Shown one piece after another: positions 1 through 18,410 of a stretch of 64,000 nt of DNA. How positions within the stretch are numbered: the first letter of the stretch is position 1; each line of letters starts with the position of its first letter. Origin of the DNA: the human T2T-CHM13v2.0 reference genome, Homo sapiens. The notes under the pieces were generated by a model. The model was not told the origin of the DNA. It saw only the letters and a program-made list of their open reading frames with translations, and did no database searches. The position numbers and the translations under genes are program-made. The DNA lies in NCBI RefSeq assembly GCF_009914755.1, contig NC_060941.1; one strand, 5' to 3'.

Positions 1-41
1 TTTGATAACTCATGTAAGAGCAGCATATGAATGGATGATAA

Positions 42-520
<479 letters not shown>

Positions 521-604
521 TGCTGCTTTACTTTGATATCACAATTTTCAGGAGAGATATATGTTAAATGACTGAGACTGGTATAGAGTCATATGGGTAT
601 AGAC

Positions 605-818
605 CAAGCTTGCCCAACCTGCAGCCCGGGATAGCTTTGAATGCGGCCCAAAACAAATTAATAAACTTTCTTAAAATACTATGAGATTTGTGTGTGTGTG
701 TGTGTATGTGTGTGTTTAAGCTCATCAGTTATTAATGTTAGTGTATTTTATGTGTGGCCCAAGACAATTCTTCTTCTTCCAAGGTGGCCCAGGGAAGTCA
801 AAAGATTGGACACCCCTG
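605..818 (-). mobile_element. MER30 (hAT-Charlie MITE) with internal (TG)n
   Basis: Ends caagcttgcccaacc...ttggacacccctg; 8-bp TSD gtatagac (597-604) / gtatagat (819-826). Confidence 0.85.
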
Positions 819-844
819 GTATAGATAAAAGCAGGTAATTGGCC

Positions 845-1062
845 TAGCCTGGGCGACACAGCAAGACCCTTGTCTTTTAAAACATGAAAAAATTAGCTGA
901 GCATGGTGGCACATACCTGTAGTCCTAGCTACTCAGGAGGCTGAGGTGGGAGGATCACTTGAGCTGTGGAGTTCAAGGTTACAGTGAGCTACGATCCTGC
1001 CACTACACTTTGGCATGGGTGATAGACCTTGTCTCAGAAAAAAAAAGAAAGAAAAGAAAAAA
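845..1062 (+). mobile_element. 5'-truncated AluJ-like element
   Basis: Right-arm Alu motifs with an A-rich tail. Confidence 0.8.
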
Positions 1063-1369
1063 GTAGGTGGGGGGTATAAAATTCTTGTTTTAGTAACACG
1101 GGCAATGTAAAGATGTTATAATTTTAGTAAAGATATATGAAATAAGCCTCACATATCCATATTGTAAAATGTCTATCTGAGACCCAAGTCTCTGGAATTT
1201 GTTATCTAAATTAATCTATTAGTGGTATCATTAACACATGCATTAGTTACAGGTGTCTTGTAATAACATTTATTTCACACCTTGGGTGATAAAGTGCTTG
1301 AATTGGTTTCTGTCTTTGCCAGATCAAATTCTAAATTTCCTAAAATAGCTAACATGAAACCAGTCTCCT

Positions 1370-1815
1370 TTATGAACCCTTCTCTGACTTCTCTCATGAT
1401 AAACTTTCTCTTCTCTATTCATTCCTTTGGTCATCTCATTCAGTCCTGTGACATTAAATACCACATACGCACTGAAGACACCAACCTAGACTGCTCCCCA
1501 GACTCAATATTTCCATATCCAGTTGCCTGTTCCACATCTTGATGGCTTTTTAATGGGCATTTCCACTGAACAGATCCAGAACTGCACCCCTGTTCTTGCC
1601 CCAAAATAACCTCAGGAGGTTATTTTGTCTTCACTGATGAATTCTGTCAAACATAGAACTAATATCGAGCCTTCACAAACATTTCCAGAGATTAAAATCT
1701 GCTCTGCTTGCATTCCTTCCCACTCACTGAAAAGCACTGCCATCCTTCCAGTTGCTCCACTCAAAAACTTTGGAGTCCCCATTGACTTCTCTCTTTCACT
1801 CCATGTATGTCCATC
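1370..1815 (+). mobile_element. L2 fragment, interrupted at 1617-1697 by a copy of nearby L1 sequence
   Basis: L2-type motifs (ttaaataccacata, ccagttgctccactcaaaaactttggagtc) resume after the insert. Confidence 0.65.
1617..1697 (+). repeat. Direct copy of 2771-2853
   Basis: Manual alignment: 4 substitutions and one 2-bp indel. Confidence 0.9.
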
Positions 1816-2048
1816 AGAAATTAAGTAAGAGATTTCTGAATAACCCATAGGTTAAAGAAGAGCTCACAAGGGAAAATTAGAAGATATTTTTAAGTGAGTT
1901 AAAAAAAAAAAAAAGAACATGTCAAAATTGACATGATGCAACTAAACTGTACTAGGAGAGAAATGTATAGCTTTAAATGTATTAAATATGTATTAGAAAA
2001 GGAGAAAGATCACAGATCAGTCACTTAAGCTTCTACCTTCTGAATCTA

Positions 2049-2587
<539 letters not shown>

Positions 2588-2885
2588 TTATAGCGATTGA
2601 GGTAGGTACCATAAACAACTTTATACCAACAAAAGATGATTTAGATGAAAGTACAAATTCCTAGGAATAGACAAATTAACAAAAATTGATGCAGGAAAAA
2701 TGGAAAATTTGAATGGACATATAGCAAGAAATTGGATTAGTAATTTAAAATCTTCTCACAAAGAAAATCCAGGTTATTTTGTCTTCACTGGTGAATTCTG
2801 TCAAACACATAGAACTAATACCAAGCCTTCACAAACATTTCCAGAAATTAAAAGAGGAAGGTACATTTACCAGCTGATCCAGTGA

Positions 2886-3237
<352 letters not shown>

Positions 3238-4332
3238 AATACACCATATTAATAGATGAAGAACAAAACCACATGATCATCTCAATAAATGCAGAAAAAG
3301 CATTTGACAAAATCTAACATTCTTTCATGAGAAAAACTTTCAACAAATTAGGTATAAAAGAGAGCTGCTTCAACTTGATAAAAAGCACATATATGAAAAA
3401 CCATACAAAACACAGTAATATTATACGGAAGAGTGAATGACGGAATGCTTTCTCTCCAAAACTGGGAAAAAAAGAATATCAGTTCAATGCTATTCAGCAC
3501 TGATCTAGAGCTTCTAGCCTATGTAGTCAGGTAAGGGAAAGTAATAAAAGGCACCTGGATTAGAAAGGAAGCGGTGAAACCGTCCTTATCCACAGATGAC
3601 ATAACCCTGTGTATAGAAAATCCTTAGGAATCCACAAGAAAGGTTACTTGAACTAGTAAATAAGTTTAGTAAGGTCACAGCTTACAAGACCAGTGTTTGA
3701 AAATCATTTGTGTTTCTTGATGCTGGCAGTAAACAATCTGAAAATGAAATTAAGAAAACTCATTCACTATAACATCAAAAGCAACTAAATCCTGGGGAAT
3801 AAATTTACAAAAGAAGTGAAGATGTTTACACCGAAACTGCAAAAACATTGCTGAGAGAAATTAAAGAGGATCCAAATAATTGGAGAGACATTCTGTGTTG
3901 ATGGATGGGAAAACACAATATTGTTAATCTGGCACTCTACCTAGATTGATCTGTAGATTTGATGCATCTCTATCAAAATCCCAGAAGGCTTTTGTTGTTG
4001 TTGTTGTTGTTGTTTGTAAATTGACAGGCCAATTCTAAAATTTATGCAGAAATGCAAAAAGACCTGGAGAGAGGGAGGGAGGGAGGGGGAGGGGGGAGAG
4101 AGAGAGAGAGAAAGAAAGAAAAAGAATGGAGGTAAAACAGAACATGAAAAGTTAAAACAGGCTGAAGGAAAATATTTGCAAATCATAAAGCTAGTAAGGG
4201 ACTTGTATTCAGAATATATAAAGAGCTCTCGTAACTTAATAATAAGACAAAGTACCCAATTTTAAAATGGGCGAAGGATTTCAATACACATGTCACCAAA
4301 AAAGATATACAAATAGCTGATAAACAGATGAG

Positions 4333-4504
4333 ATTTCTTGCTATGTGTCCATTCAAATTTTCCATTTTTCCTGCATTGATTTTGTTAATTTGTCTATTCC
4401 TAGGAATTTGTACTTTCATCTAAATCATCTTTTGTTGGCATAAAGTTGTTTATGGTACCTACCTCAATTCCTGTAAAATCAGCAGTCATGTCCCCTCTTT
4501 CATT
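4333..4504 (-). repeat. Inverted copy of 2560-2732
   Basis: Manual alignment: about 7 substitutions and 1 indel. The ORF track shows [10 protein letters not shown]...[10 protein letters not shown] on both strands. Confidence 0.92.
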
Positions 4505-4539
4505 ACCACCCCCGCCCCGCCCCAAAAAAAAAGTAAGAG

Positions 4540-4656
4540 GGAGAGATGGAGTCTTGCTGTGTTGCCCAGGCTGCCCTTGAACTCCTGGGCTTGAGAGATC
4601 CTCCCACCTTAACCTCAAGAGTAGCTGGGACTGCAGGCACGTGCCACTGCACCCTA
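4540..4656 (-). mobile_element. FLAM-like Alu monomer
   Basis: gttgcccaggctg...gaactcctgggc...gtagctgggac. Confidence 0.8.
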
Positions 4657-5999
4657 CTTGTGTATGTTTTTGGTTCATTTCGTTTTGGGTTTATATTACC
4701 ATTGTTATTCAATGTTATGTGTAGTCAGGGTGATAATAGATTAGCAACAACAGTGCTATTAACAGGTATTATGTCTTGTTTCTCTGCTATGTTTCCAAGA
4801 ACAAATCTTAACTCATTGAGTCTGTTCAAAATTCACAGTTCTGTAGAGTTCACCGAGGAGAAAACAGAGACCTAAAGAGGCAGTGTGACTTGCCCAAGAT
4901 CAGGTAGTCCTGGGTTCAAACCCAGGTTTTGCAGAAAACTAATTCCATGCCTTTTGCCATAGGTAAATGAGCAAGGGAAAAAACAATTTGCAAAACAAAT
5001 TTGTAAACAAACATCTTTAAAATGTATCTTTCTAGTAATCAAAGAAAGAAATTAAATAAGCCAGATTAAAAAAGAAACATTCAGTTGAGAAAACTTAAAT
5101 ATGATACTGAGGAGGATGAGAAAAGAAATTTCTTTAAGTCTCATGTATGGGGGGAAAAAAATTCTTCCATGCATCTTTTGCTGGTGGCCATGAAAACAGG
5201 TGTAAATACCTTCAGGTGGTGAAAATAATAATGTACATCAAAAGAATCAAATACGTTATTACCTTAGGAGGTTTTTTTTTAGCATCTGTATTAAGGTTTT
5301 TTTCTGATATACATTAAACTGCACATATTTAAAGTATAACATTCAATAAATGTTGATATACATATATATCTGTGAAACTACAGCCACAGTCAAGATAATG
5401 AGCATATCCACTGAGGTTGAGTGTTGAAATGTGCTGGTGGGAGGGCAGATGCAGTGTGCTGGAGGGAGAAAGAAGCCAAATTGTTAAAACTGGGCAACTG
5501 GTGGAAAGATGGTGGTGGAGGGAATGGGGAGACCTCCCTTATAATTTTGCCTATAAAGGCAGCTACACATAGCAGTTTTAAAAATATTTGTCATTCATGT
5601 AGGAAGGTAATCATTTCTTAAATATTTAATCAAACATTTTTCTTTTTTGGGTAAAATCTGGTCTTTTGAAAATATGAAATAGCATTGTGATTATGAGGCT
5701 TTGGGACATCATGTAAGAGTAAAGGTTCAACAACAGAAGTGGAAACTAATTTACAGTTGCCATCTTTTACTCTTGCCACATAAGACTTGAATAAAAAGTA
5801 CCATGATATACTTTTATCATTACTTTATAAAGTAAAGGACTTTCTCATGCAAAGAAGTGGAAAGGATACCATCTTATAGGAGAATCCTATAAATTGAATA
5901 AATGCATCTTTATGAAAAATGTAGGTCGTCTTTATTTTTCTCATTCCATGGTGTTATAAAACTTTCTCAACTGATCATGGTCTTTAGAGTGAGTTGTCA

Positions 6000-6180
6000 A
6001 CTCTGGGCTAGATTTCTAGGAATGCCACTTATTAGCTAGGTGACTTTGGGTTTAATTTTTATTTTCTCTGAGCCTTTGTTTGCTCAGCTAGAAGAAATGA
6101 ATAATAATATATACTATTACAGGATTATTGTAAGAATTAAATGAGATAGTATGTAAGTTTCTCACATTGTAGGCTCATGT
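6000..6180 (+). mobile_element. MIR
   Basis: gccacttattagctaggtgactttggg...gattattgtaagaattaaatgag core. Confidence 0.7.
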
Positions 6181-6683
6181 TATCTTCCTTATATTCAGCC
6201 CTGCGTAGTCTGTTTCTCACTATCACACATTTGCTCTTTAATTACATATTTGTGTATACGTTTCTGTAATTTCAAAGAAGTGAGTCAAATTTAACCCTAT
6301 CATAGACATGACTATAGTAATCATTTTGGTATGTTTTATAAGGTGGGTGAGGGAGGTTGTTTTGCCCTGAAAACATCTACAAATGCTAGCATATAAAATT
6401 GAGCAAAAGATGTGGGATAGAGATTGAATTCATATTCTTTGTGAAGACTATTAGGATTTGTTCTTGTGATGATCAGATTGTCAGTTCAGTTTACTGTATT
6501 TCACACACAGTAGCCCCAGTTAGGGTTCCAGAAATGCTTATAAATTTGTCTCCTGTGGTATTATCTTAATGTGGTGTTGGATTCTTCATCGCTGAAGTCA
6601 GCTATTCAGGTAAAACTTTATTTGGTAAGATCAGATACCTAAGCAATATATAGTCACTAAGTCACTTCATATATAAAACTTGG

Positions 6684-6995
<312 letters not shown>

Positions 6996-7893
6996 ACTTG
7001 GTTTCCCCTTCATTTTACAGGTATGTTAAAGAGGAAAAAAATAGAATGCTTAACATGTTGCTACTTGTGTACAAATTGTATTAATCATTATATGATAAAT
7101 GTTTCCAGATGGTATCTATTTTATGGTACTTAGACTTTCTAACTTTTATAATGATTACTATATATACGTTTTCTTTCTCCTACTAGATTATAAACTCCTT
7201 GAAGGCAGGATTCATGTTTAGTTTATCTTTTCATAAAACTTAGCTGTGTGTATTGATTTATACATATGTATTTAGTAAATATAGCTTGATTAATTGAATA
7301 AATCTTCATATGTAGTAGATTTCTGTATTGACTTCTGCTGGTATAAATTTTCTCTACAAAGTTTGATGAGATAGGAGTGATGGGGAAAATATGAAGAGCA
7401 TTAATGTATCATTTTCATTTCCACTAGTATCTTTGCTAGACCCCTAATCTCCAGTAGTTAAAGCTTTGGGTTATGAAAAGGAACTCCTTGTCTCCGAAGT
7501 GGTAGATATTTTTTATGATATGTTGCAAAACAAAAAGACAACTTTTTAGTTCAGAAGGGAACCAGCATTTATTAAGCCCTAGCTATGTGCTAGGATAGGA
7601 TCTTTTAAGTAGTCCCAGATCCCTTTGAGAATTCAGAAAACCTAAATAAAACAAGAAAGAAATTTTAATTATAAAAGAATTATCTCCAAAAAGTTTCTCC
7701 TTTTCAACCTTTCATGCTTTTAATATTTACTATGTAAATTGCCTAAGAACTTAAAAAACAGGGACAGCTTTCCAGTTTATTTTATGAAGCTAACATACCA
7801 AAGACACAAAAAATGATAGGCAAATATCTAACTTTAGATTTTTGTCACATAAGTGTATGTGAGACTCTTAAAATAATTTACCAGAAAGTGTAA

Positions 7894-8232
<339 letters not shown>

Positions 8233-8429
8233 TAAAACCTCTTTCTAAAGAGAATTTGAGACAAATGCAACAGCATATTAAAACAATAGAATAGTAGAAG
8301 TAAGGCTTATCTTTAGAATGCAAAGAACTCTACTAATATTCCTCCACATTGGTAGATCAAGGAAGTAAATTCATAAGATTATCTCACTTGCTACCTGTAA
8401 GGTCATATAGTAAAGCTCAGTATTATTTT

Positions 8430-10330
8430 GGGTGTCTGCTTCTGGCTAAGACAGACTAGCCAGTGTCAGACCAACCCTGCCGCCGGGAACTAAAATGCTT
8501 AGGTAAATAATAAAAAGCAACTGTTTGAAGGTATTAGAAGCTACTAGGACACTGAAGACTTTGAGGCCAAGATCCTAGAGAGAAGGGAGGTCTAAAGAGG
8601 CAGAATAAACATTTGGTGCCACATGACCCCTCAGAAGCATTTGCCAGCTTCAGTGCTAGGACTGAAAACCTGAACAAAAAGCTGAGGTTGAGCAGCTAAG
8701 CAGAGTTTTCAATAGATGTCAGAGGCGGGGGTCACAAAAACGGGAGTTCAGGGATGACAGACCCTGGTAAACATCCCAGGCTTTTGGTTGGAACCACCCT
8801 TCTTACCCCCTAAAAACCCCAACTTTTTACCCTAGGTGTATGGTGAACCTAAAAATTTTCCTGAAATCCAGCCCTCACAAAACACAAAAACTTAGTTTTG
8901 AATTGGCTGAAATAGATTAAAGTGATTCACCCTTGCTCTTAAATGCTTGTCAGAAGCAAAACTAAATCCTCTCTAGAGGAAGGTAACATTCACAGCCTCA
9001 GCCTATCTCCACAGTTTTGTGCATGCAAGATTAACATTCAGTCAAAAACTAAGCATATAAAAAGAGGCAGGCGATAAGGTTACCCACAGGAGATCTAGAT
9101 ATTAGGGTTATCAGACATGGACCTTAAGGTAATGTTGATAAATATGTTTAGTAAATTAAGTGACAAATGGAGGATTTCAGAAAGAACTGGACACTATTAA
9201 AAAAGTTAAATGGAAATTCTGGAATTGAAAAGTGCAATATAGGGTGACAATAGTTTACAATAATCTTTTGTATATTTTAAAATAGCTAGAAGAGAAGAAT
9301 TTGAATTTTTTAACATAAAGACATTTAAGGTGATGGATATCCCAATTACACTGATTTGATCCTTACAAATCATATGAATGTACTAAATTATCACATGAAT
9401 CCTGAAAGTATGTGTATCTGTTATGCATCAATTAAAAATTAAAAAGAACTTTTAAAAGTGCAGCAACTCAAATTAGGAATTAAACAGGAGGGTTTAATAG
9501 TATTCTTAGCTGAAGAAAAAATTAGTAAACTAGAAGATAGATCAGAAGACAATATCCATACCAAAGCACAGAGAGACAAAAGGATGGAAAATGAAAAGAA
9601 AAAGAAAAATATGTAAGAGACAAATGGGACACTGTTAAAAGTCTAAAATACTTATAATTGGAATCTCGGAGAGGAGAAAGAATAGGTCAGAAGCAATAGT
9701 AAAAGACATAATAACTTGAGAATCTTCCAAAACTAATACAGACTTGCATATTTGAGAATCACTGTAGCTCTAAGCAGAATCAATACCAAAAAACAAAAAT
9801 AAAGGGAAAAGAGAGGAAAAATTGCCAAAACAAAGAAAATCTTAAAATCAGCCAAAGGAGGAAAAAGATACATTACCTTCAAAGGAGCGGCAGTAAAGAC
9901 GGACAGTCTACTTTGCAAAGAAATGGAAATCAAAATACAGTGGAACGATATCTTCAAAGTGTTGTAAGAAAATAACTGCCAACCTAGAAATCTGTATGAA
10001 GCAAAAATATCTTTCAAAAATGAAGTGAGAATATAGACATCTTCAGACAGACAAAAATTAGAATTCATCACCAGCAGATCTACACTAGAGGTACTATAAA
10101 GAAAGTTCTTCAGGTAAAAGGAAAATTATCCCAGCTGGAAGCATGGAGATGCAGGAAGGAGTAAAGAGCACTGGAAAGGATAGATAGATGAATACATCTA
10201 AAATAATGTGAACTGTGTAAAACAGTAAAAATATTGATAGGTGCAGCAAACCACCATGGCACACGTTTACCTGTGTAACCTGCACATCCTGCGCATGTAC
10301 CTGGAACTTAAAAATTTTTAAAGTAAAAAT
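8430..10330 (+). mobile_element. Old L1 5'/ORF1 remnant with nested L1 3'-end fragments (~9240-9450, ~10238-10320)
   Basis: ORF1-type motif tgccaacctagaaatctgtat...aaaatatctttcaaaaatgaa; 3'UTR motifs gtgatggatatcccaattac and gcagcaaaccaccatggcac. Confidence 0.7.
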
Positions 10331-10371
10331 AATAAATGGCAACAGCAACACAGAAAGCTGGAAGAGAGTTC

Positions 10372-11589
<1,218 letters not shown>

Positions 11590-11714
11590 AAGATAAATAT
11601 AGTTTAAATGTCCTCAGGTCTTTGTAATTTATATTAGATTTTAATGAGTCAGAGATAGTAATATCTAGGGTAGTCCTTCTCAATCACATTTGGTGAGAGA
11701 ATCACATCATAATG

Positions 11715-11938
11715 TTCAAAGACAGCAAACTTCAACCTGTGGGTCAAATCTGGCCTGCCACCTATTTTAGTAAATAATGTTTTATTGGTGGAACACCGCT
11801 ATGCCCGTTAGTTTACATATTGTCTATGGCTGGATTCATGCTGCACCGCCAGAATTGAGTAGCTGCTACAGAGACATTGTGGTCCACAAAGCTTACATTT
11901 ATTGTCTAGCCCTTGATAGAAGAGATTTGACAACCCCT
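11715..11938 (+). mobile_element. MER58A (hAT-Charlie)
   Basis: caaatctggcctgccacct...gtttacatattgtctatggctg...acccct. Confidence 0.8.
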
Positions 11939-11941
11939 AGG

Positions 11942-12302
11942 TGTTGTGGACTGAGTGTGTGTGTTCCCCAAAGATTTGTATGTTGAAATTCTAACCTCCA
12001 GCGTGATGGTGTTAGGAGGTGGGGCCTTTGGGAGGTATTTAGTTCGTGAAGGTGGAACCCTCACAAATGGGATTAGAGACACAGAGTTCTTGCTTCTTTC
12101 TGTCTACTCTCTGCCATATGGGGACACAGCAAGAAGAATGCCATCTGCAAGCCAGGAAGAGGGTCTTCACCAGAACTTGACCATGATGGAACCCTGGTCT
12201 TGGAGGGTCTATAGAACCCAGCCTCTAGAACTATGAGAAATGTTTGTTGTGTGAGCCACCCGGTCTATGGTATTTTTGTTAGTAGCAGCCAGAACTAAGA
12301 CA
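11942..12302 (+). mobile_element. MaLR LTR (MLT1A/MST-like)
   Basis: tgttgtggactgag...ggggcctttgggagg...actaagaca, with TG...CA ends. Confidence 0.8.
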
Positions 12303-12533
12303 TCTGTGCTAAGGCATCTATTATATATTATGAATTAACTTCTTTACATTTAGAATGCCTTGTAAGAACTGAAAAAAAAAATAGTCACTCAGAATGTTTT
12401 CTGCAGGACATAATTCTTTCATAGAACTTGAGTTGATTAACTCTAGAGTAATCACTAAAAGGATAGAAAGAGAATTTATAGCTACCAAGCTAATAGAGAA
12501 GGAGAAAGGAAATAAAATAATAAAAACCATTTA

Positions 12534-12908
<375 letters not shown>

Positions 12909-13204
12909 TTAAGTAGTAACAGACAAAATGGACTTTAAGGCAAGACATCCCTAGAAACAAGGAAAGTTTGTAATGAAAAATGAGTCAATCCACCAAGAAA
13001 TATGTATGCACCTAATAACAGAGCTTTAAAAGACAAAAGCCAACAGAACCAAAAGGACAAAAAGATAGATTCAGTGTCCCTATTTCTTCTATTATACACA
13101 AATTAGGGAGAGCAGGATATTTGTTGAATATGGCGTAAATTCACAGACCAACTTTCATATTATACTTAATGGTAAAACCCTGAAAGCAGTCTCTTACTGT
13201 TATA

Positions 13205-14085
13205 CCTTATAACCCACCCCTAGAATTTCTGCTTCCCATTCTAGCAACTGAGTTCTGCTGGGATTTGGAGTTCTTATTTTCCAATAGGGAATGTTACTAC
13301 CAGAGGACACAGAAAGGTTCCATTGAATTGAAAGATGAGGCTATAACCCATTTGGGACTGTTGATGCCACTGAACCAACAGGTAGGAAAAGAGGTCACTC
13401 TCCTGACTAGAGTGCTTAATTCTGATTACCAAGGCAAAATGGGGTAATGCTATACAATGGGGGCAGGGAGGAGGATGTTTGTAACTCAGGATTCTCTAGA
13501 GTGTCTCTTAGTACTTCTTTGCACCATATTAGAGACAAAATGAAAAACTGCAGTACTCAAGAAAAGGCAGGTCTGTTGAGGAGTCACATGTTTCAGGAAT
13601 GAAGGTTTAGGTCACCCTGTCATGTTGAGAACCCTGACTGGCTGAGGTTCTAATTGAGGTCACAAGACATGTTGGATGCATAGTGAGAGAAGAAAGTTAG
13701 GGACACCATCCATGCGTTCATAACCAGGTGCAGAAGCAAGGATTGTAGTAACTTAGCATATTTTTTCTTGTGTCTGTATGTTTATATGTATTAACTTTGC
13801 TTTTTCCCCCCTTATTTTATATATAATTACTGGAAGTTAATTAATTTGATCTTTAGAGAACAGAATATTTAGTGGGACTGTTAACTGAATTTTAAGGAGT
13901 AATTAATATAGCCAGTGATTAATACAATGTCTGTTCGGACTGCAGCTCCTCATTTTGGGGAGAAGGTGAGAACATGTTCATTTATAGGAAGGTAGCTGCA
14001 TGTTACCTTCATGTGGAATCAGAGTTGTTTTGATACTTCAAATATAGAGGGTGTGTATGGAAGCCAAGTAGCCAAAGGGGTGGAC
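13205..14085 (+). mobile_element. ERV-L internal 3' segment with degenerate dUTPase and polypurine tract
   Basis: Peptide HLGLLMPLNQQVGKEVTLLTRVLNSDYQGKMG; caggaatgaaggtttaggtcacc; PPT gccaaaggggtggac followed by TGT. Confidence 0.8.
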
Positions 14086-15075
14086 TGTGCCAATTATTTA
14101 TTGTTGCTCAGTTCCCAGTTTATGTAAATCCACATCCATTTATGCCCTGCTTTTGATACAGGAGATGGGCACTGTAGACATTTCCCTTTGGTGAGCTGGC
14201 TTCACTTTAGGCTTTGCCAATGGAAGCACTGGAGACACAATGTAAGGAGGAATAGAGGAGAAAAGGGTCTTCCCAGCCAGGCACGGTGGCTCACGCCTGT
14301 AATCCCAGCATTTTGGGAAACCGAGGCAGGATTGCTTGAGCCCAGGAGTTTGAGGCCAGACTGGGCAACATAGCAAGACCTCATCAATACTTAAAAAAAA
14401 AAACAAAAAAAAAAACAGCCACGTGTGGTGGCGCATGCATTAGTGTCAGCTGCTCCAGAGGCTAAGGTGGGAGGATCGCTTGATTGAGGCTGCAGTGAGC
14501 TGTGGTTGCACCACTGCACCCCAGCCTAAATGTCAGAGCTAGATTCTATCTCAAAAAAAAGAAGTAGGGGGTATCTCTCCACTCCCTCCTTCAGTGCGTG
14601 TGCTTTTGGTGCAGCAGTCAGCAGGCTGGCATAGGAGAGCCCTGGCAGTGCTCACCTCAGTGGTGCCTATGAAGCAGCCTCAGCCCACCTGTACCCTCAA
14701 GGAAGTTTCTCTGCCTCGCAGTAGGGCCCTCCTGTGGACCACCTCTTCCCTGTTCCCTCTTCTAGGTCTTTCTGCTACTCTCTAGCTGTGTGTTCTGTGG
14801 CAGCCATGCCCTCTCCAGTCCTGCGTGGAGGGATCTTCCTCTGAGTTCTTAGCCTCTTATACGCACACACACACACACGCACTCTTTTAGCTTGGAGCTA
14901 TTATAGTAAGTATCTACTTTCTGCATTTGCTCTCTCTGGACCCCATAAGGAACTATTTTTACCCCTCTAAAAACATAACCACCTTTTACTAGTTAACACA
15001 TCTTCATATTAACTCTATCCTGTTCTAGTTATTGGTATGGTTTCTGGCTCCTGACTATTCCCTAAGACTTACTAA
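14086..15075 (+). mobile_element. ERV-L 3' LTR (LTR41/LTR52-like) with AluJ at ~14275-14560
   Basis: Starts tgtgccaattatt directly after the PPT; LTR-like end ggtttctggctcctgact. Confidence 0.6.
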
Positions 15076-15136
15076 CAACATTACTATTTAATCTTTAACG
15101 TTGCTGTCTAAAGCTACGCCAGTTAAATAAGACAGG

Positions 15137-15915
<779 letters not shown>

Positions 15916-16168
15916 ACAGGAAATAGAAATTAAGCCATGAAAAATGGTTGTTATTTACAGCTTGTATACCCAGAAAACCCAAGATGATAAGCTAAAAAAT
16001 TATTTGATGCAGTATAGATAAGTCAGTAACTGGACTAGATACTTACCATCAGTAACCATTCAGGCAATCCACAGGATATTTGATCTAATACATAAAAATC
16101 AATTTTAAAAAAATTATAAAATACCTAGACATGAGCTTAACATGTACAGGAAATAAATATGAAGAAAT

Positions 16169-16480
16169 GGGCTGGGCACAGTGGCTCACACCTGTAATCC
16201 CAGCACTTGGAAGGCCGAGGTGGGCGGATCACCCGAGGTCGGGAGTTTGAGACCATCCTGACCAACATGGAGAAACCTCGTCTCTATTAAAAATACAAAA
16301 TTAGCCAGGCATGGTGGCACATGCCTGTAATCCCAGCCATTTGGGAGGCTGAGGCAGGAGAATCGTTTGAACGCGGGAGACAGGTTGTGGTGAGCCGAGA
16401 TCGCGCCATTGCACTCCAGCCTGGACAACAAGAGTGAAACTCCATCTCAAAAAAAAAAAAAAAAGAAGAAGAAGAAGAAA
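16169..16480 (+). mobile_element. AluS (Sp-like) within degenerate L1 remnants (~15940-17700)
   Basis: accaacatggagaaacc diagnostic; tail runs into (GAA)n. Confidence 0.9.
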
Positions 16481-17646
16481 TGACAATTTCACTGAAAGAG
16501 GGAAAAAATGGAGAGATGTTCTCAAATAGGAAAATTAATTCTTACAGAGCTTTCAGTTAATTTGTATGTTTAAAGCAATTCTAATTTTTAAAAAATGTAT
16601 TTTTCTTTTGGAGCATGACAATATGGTTGTAAATTTTATCTGGAAGGATAAAAGAATAAATACTTTAAAAAAATAATGAAAGGAACCTAGTGGTAGCAGA
16701 TAACCAAAATTTTATGAAACTGGAATAATTTAAATAGTGTCATTGTGGCAGAAGCGTGCAGTTATTAATGGAGCAGAATGGTCTTCAGGCCCATCTGTTA
16801 TACATGAATTTGATGTATGAAGAGCCATTGTCACAAATGAGCAGAGACAGGAAGGATCATTTAGTCCTCGTGCACTAAATGACTCCCAGGCACTGTTAGT
16901 TACAGAAAAGAAGGTAGATCCTAGTGTCTACCACATACCAAAATAAACTTTAAATGAAGTATCATCTGTATAATAGAAAAAATTTTAAGAAATCTAGAGA
17001 ATAAAAAGAGCTAATTTGAATAGTTCCTACAAATACAAGTAAAATCTCATGAAAATTTTTGGTAGAATTTGATTAGCGTTTAAAACTTGGTGAATGCCAA
17101 AAACAAAAGGCAGACAAAAACTGGGGGAAGTGTTTACAGCAACATGATTAAAGGTTAATGTATTTAACATGTATAAACTTAATAAGTTCATTATGAAGAA
17201 GCCCACTAAGAACTGAAGAGACGGGCCAGGATATATAGACAGGCAATGTACAGAAAATGAAATTCATGTGGGATAACAAATATGGGGAAATATGTTCATT
17301 AATAGTCAAAGAATTGTAAATTAAGGCCACTGAAATACTTTATCAGATTAGCAAGGATTAAAAATTATAATACTCAGTGCTTATGAGATTGTTGTGAAAT
17401 AAGCACACTTGTATTCAGCTAATAAAACTACAGATTATTAAAATGCTTTTGGAAGCAGTTTCATAATGAAACCCTTAATTATACCCTTTTGTTTTAGGAA
17501 GTCTGTTTCTGGAAATCTCTCCTAAGACAATCACAAATACAGAACAAACTGGAATAATCACCAATACAGAACAAATATAAACAAAGGGGATTAGTGATAA
17601 AAACAGTGTCAAATGGAAACACCTAAATAAGCAACCGGGGAATTAA

Positions 17647-18034
<388 letters not shown>

Positions 18035-18108
18035 TAAGAGTGTAAATTAAGATGGTGGTCAACTGTGTACCAGCAGTACTGTGCCAATTAGAAATATTTA
18101 TCAGCTAT

Positions 18109-18410
18109 GGCCAGGCACAGTGGCTCATGCCTGTAATTCCAGCACTTTGGGAGGCCAAGGCAGGAGGATTGCTTTAGGCCAGAAGTTTGAGACCAGCCTG
18201 GGCAACAGGGTGAGACTCCGTCTCAAAAAATATGAGACCTTGTCTCTACAAAAAATTAAAAAACTAAAAAACTTAGCTGGGTGTGGTGTAGCCTGTGGTC
18301 CCAGCTACTCAGGAGGCTGAGGTGGGAGAGTCACTTGAGCCCAGGAGGTCGAGTGAACTCTGATAGCACCACTGCACTCCAGCCTGGGTGGCAGAGTGAG
18401 ACGCTATCTC
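18109..18410 (+). mobile_element. AluJ-like with an extra internal end-segment
   Basis: Dimer with gtgagactccgtctcaaaaaa inserted at ~18210-18230. Confidence 0.85.
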
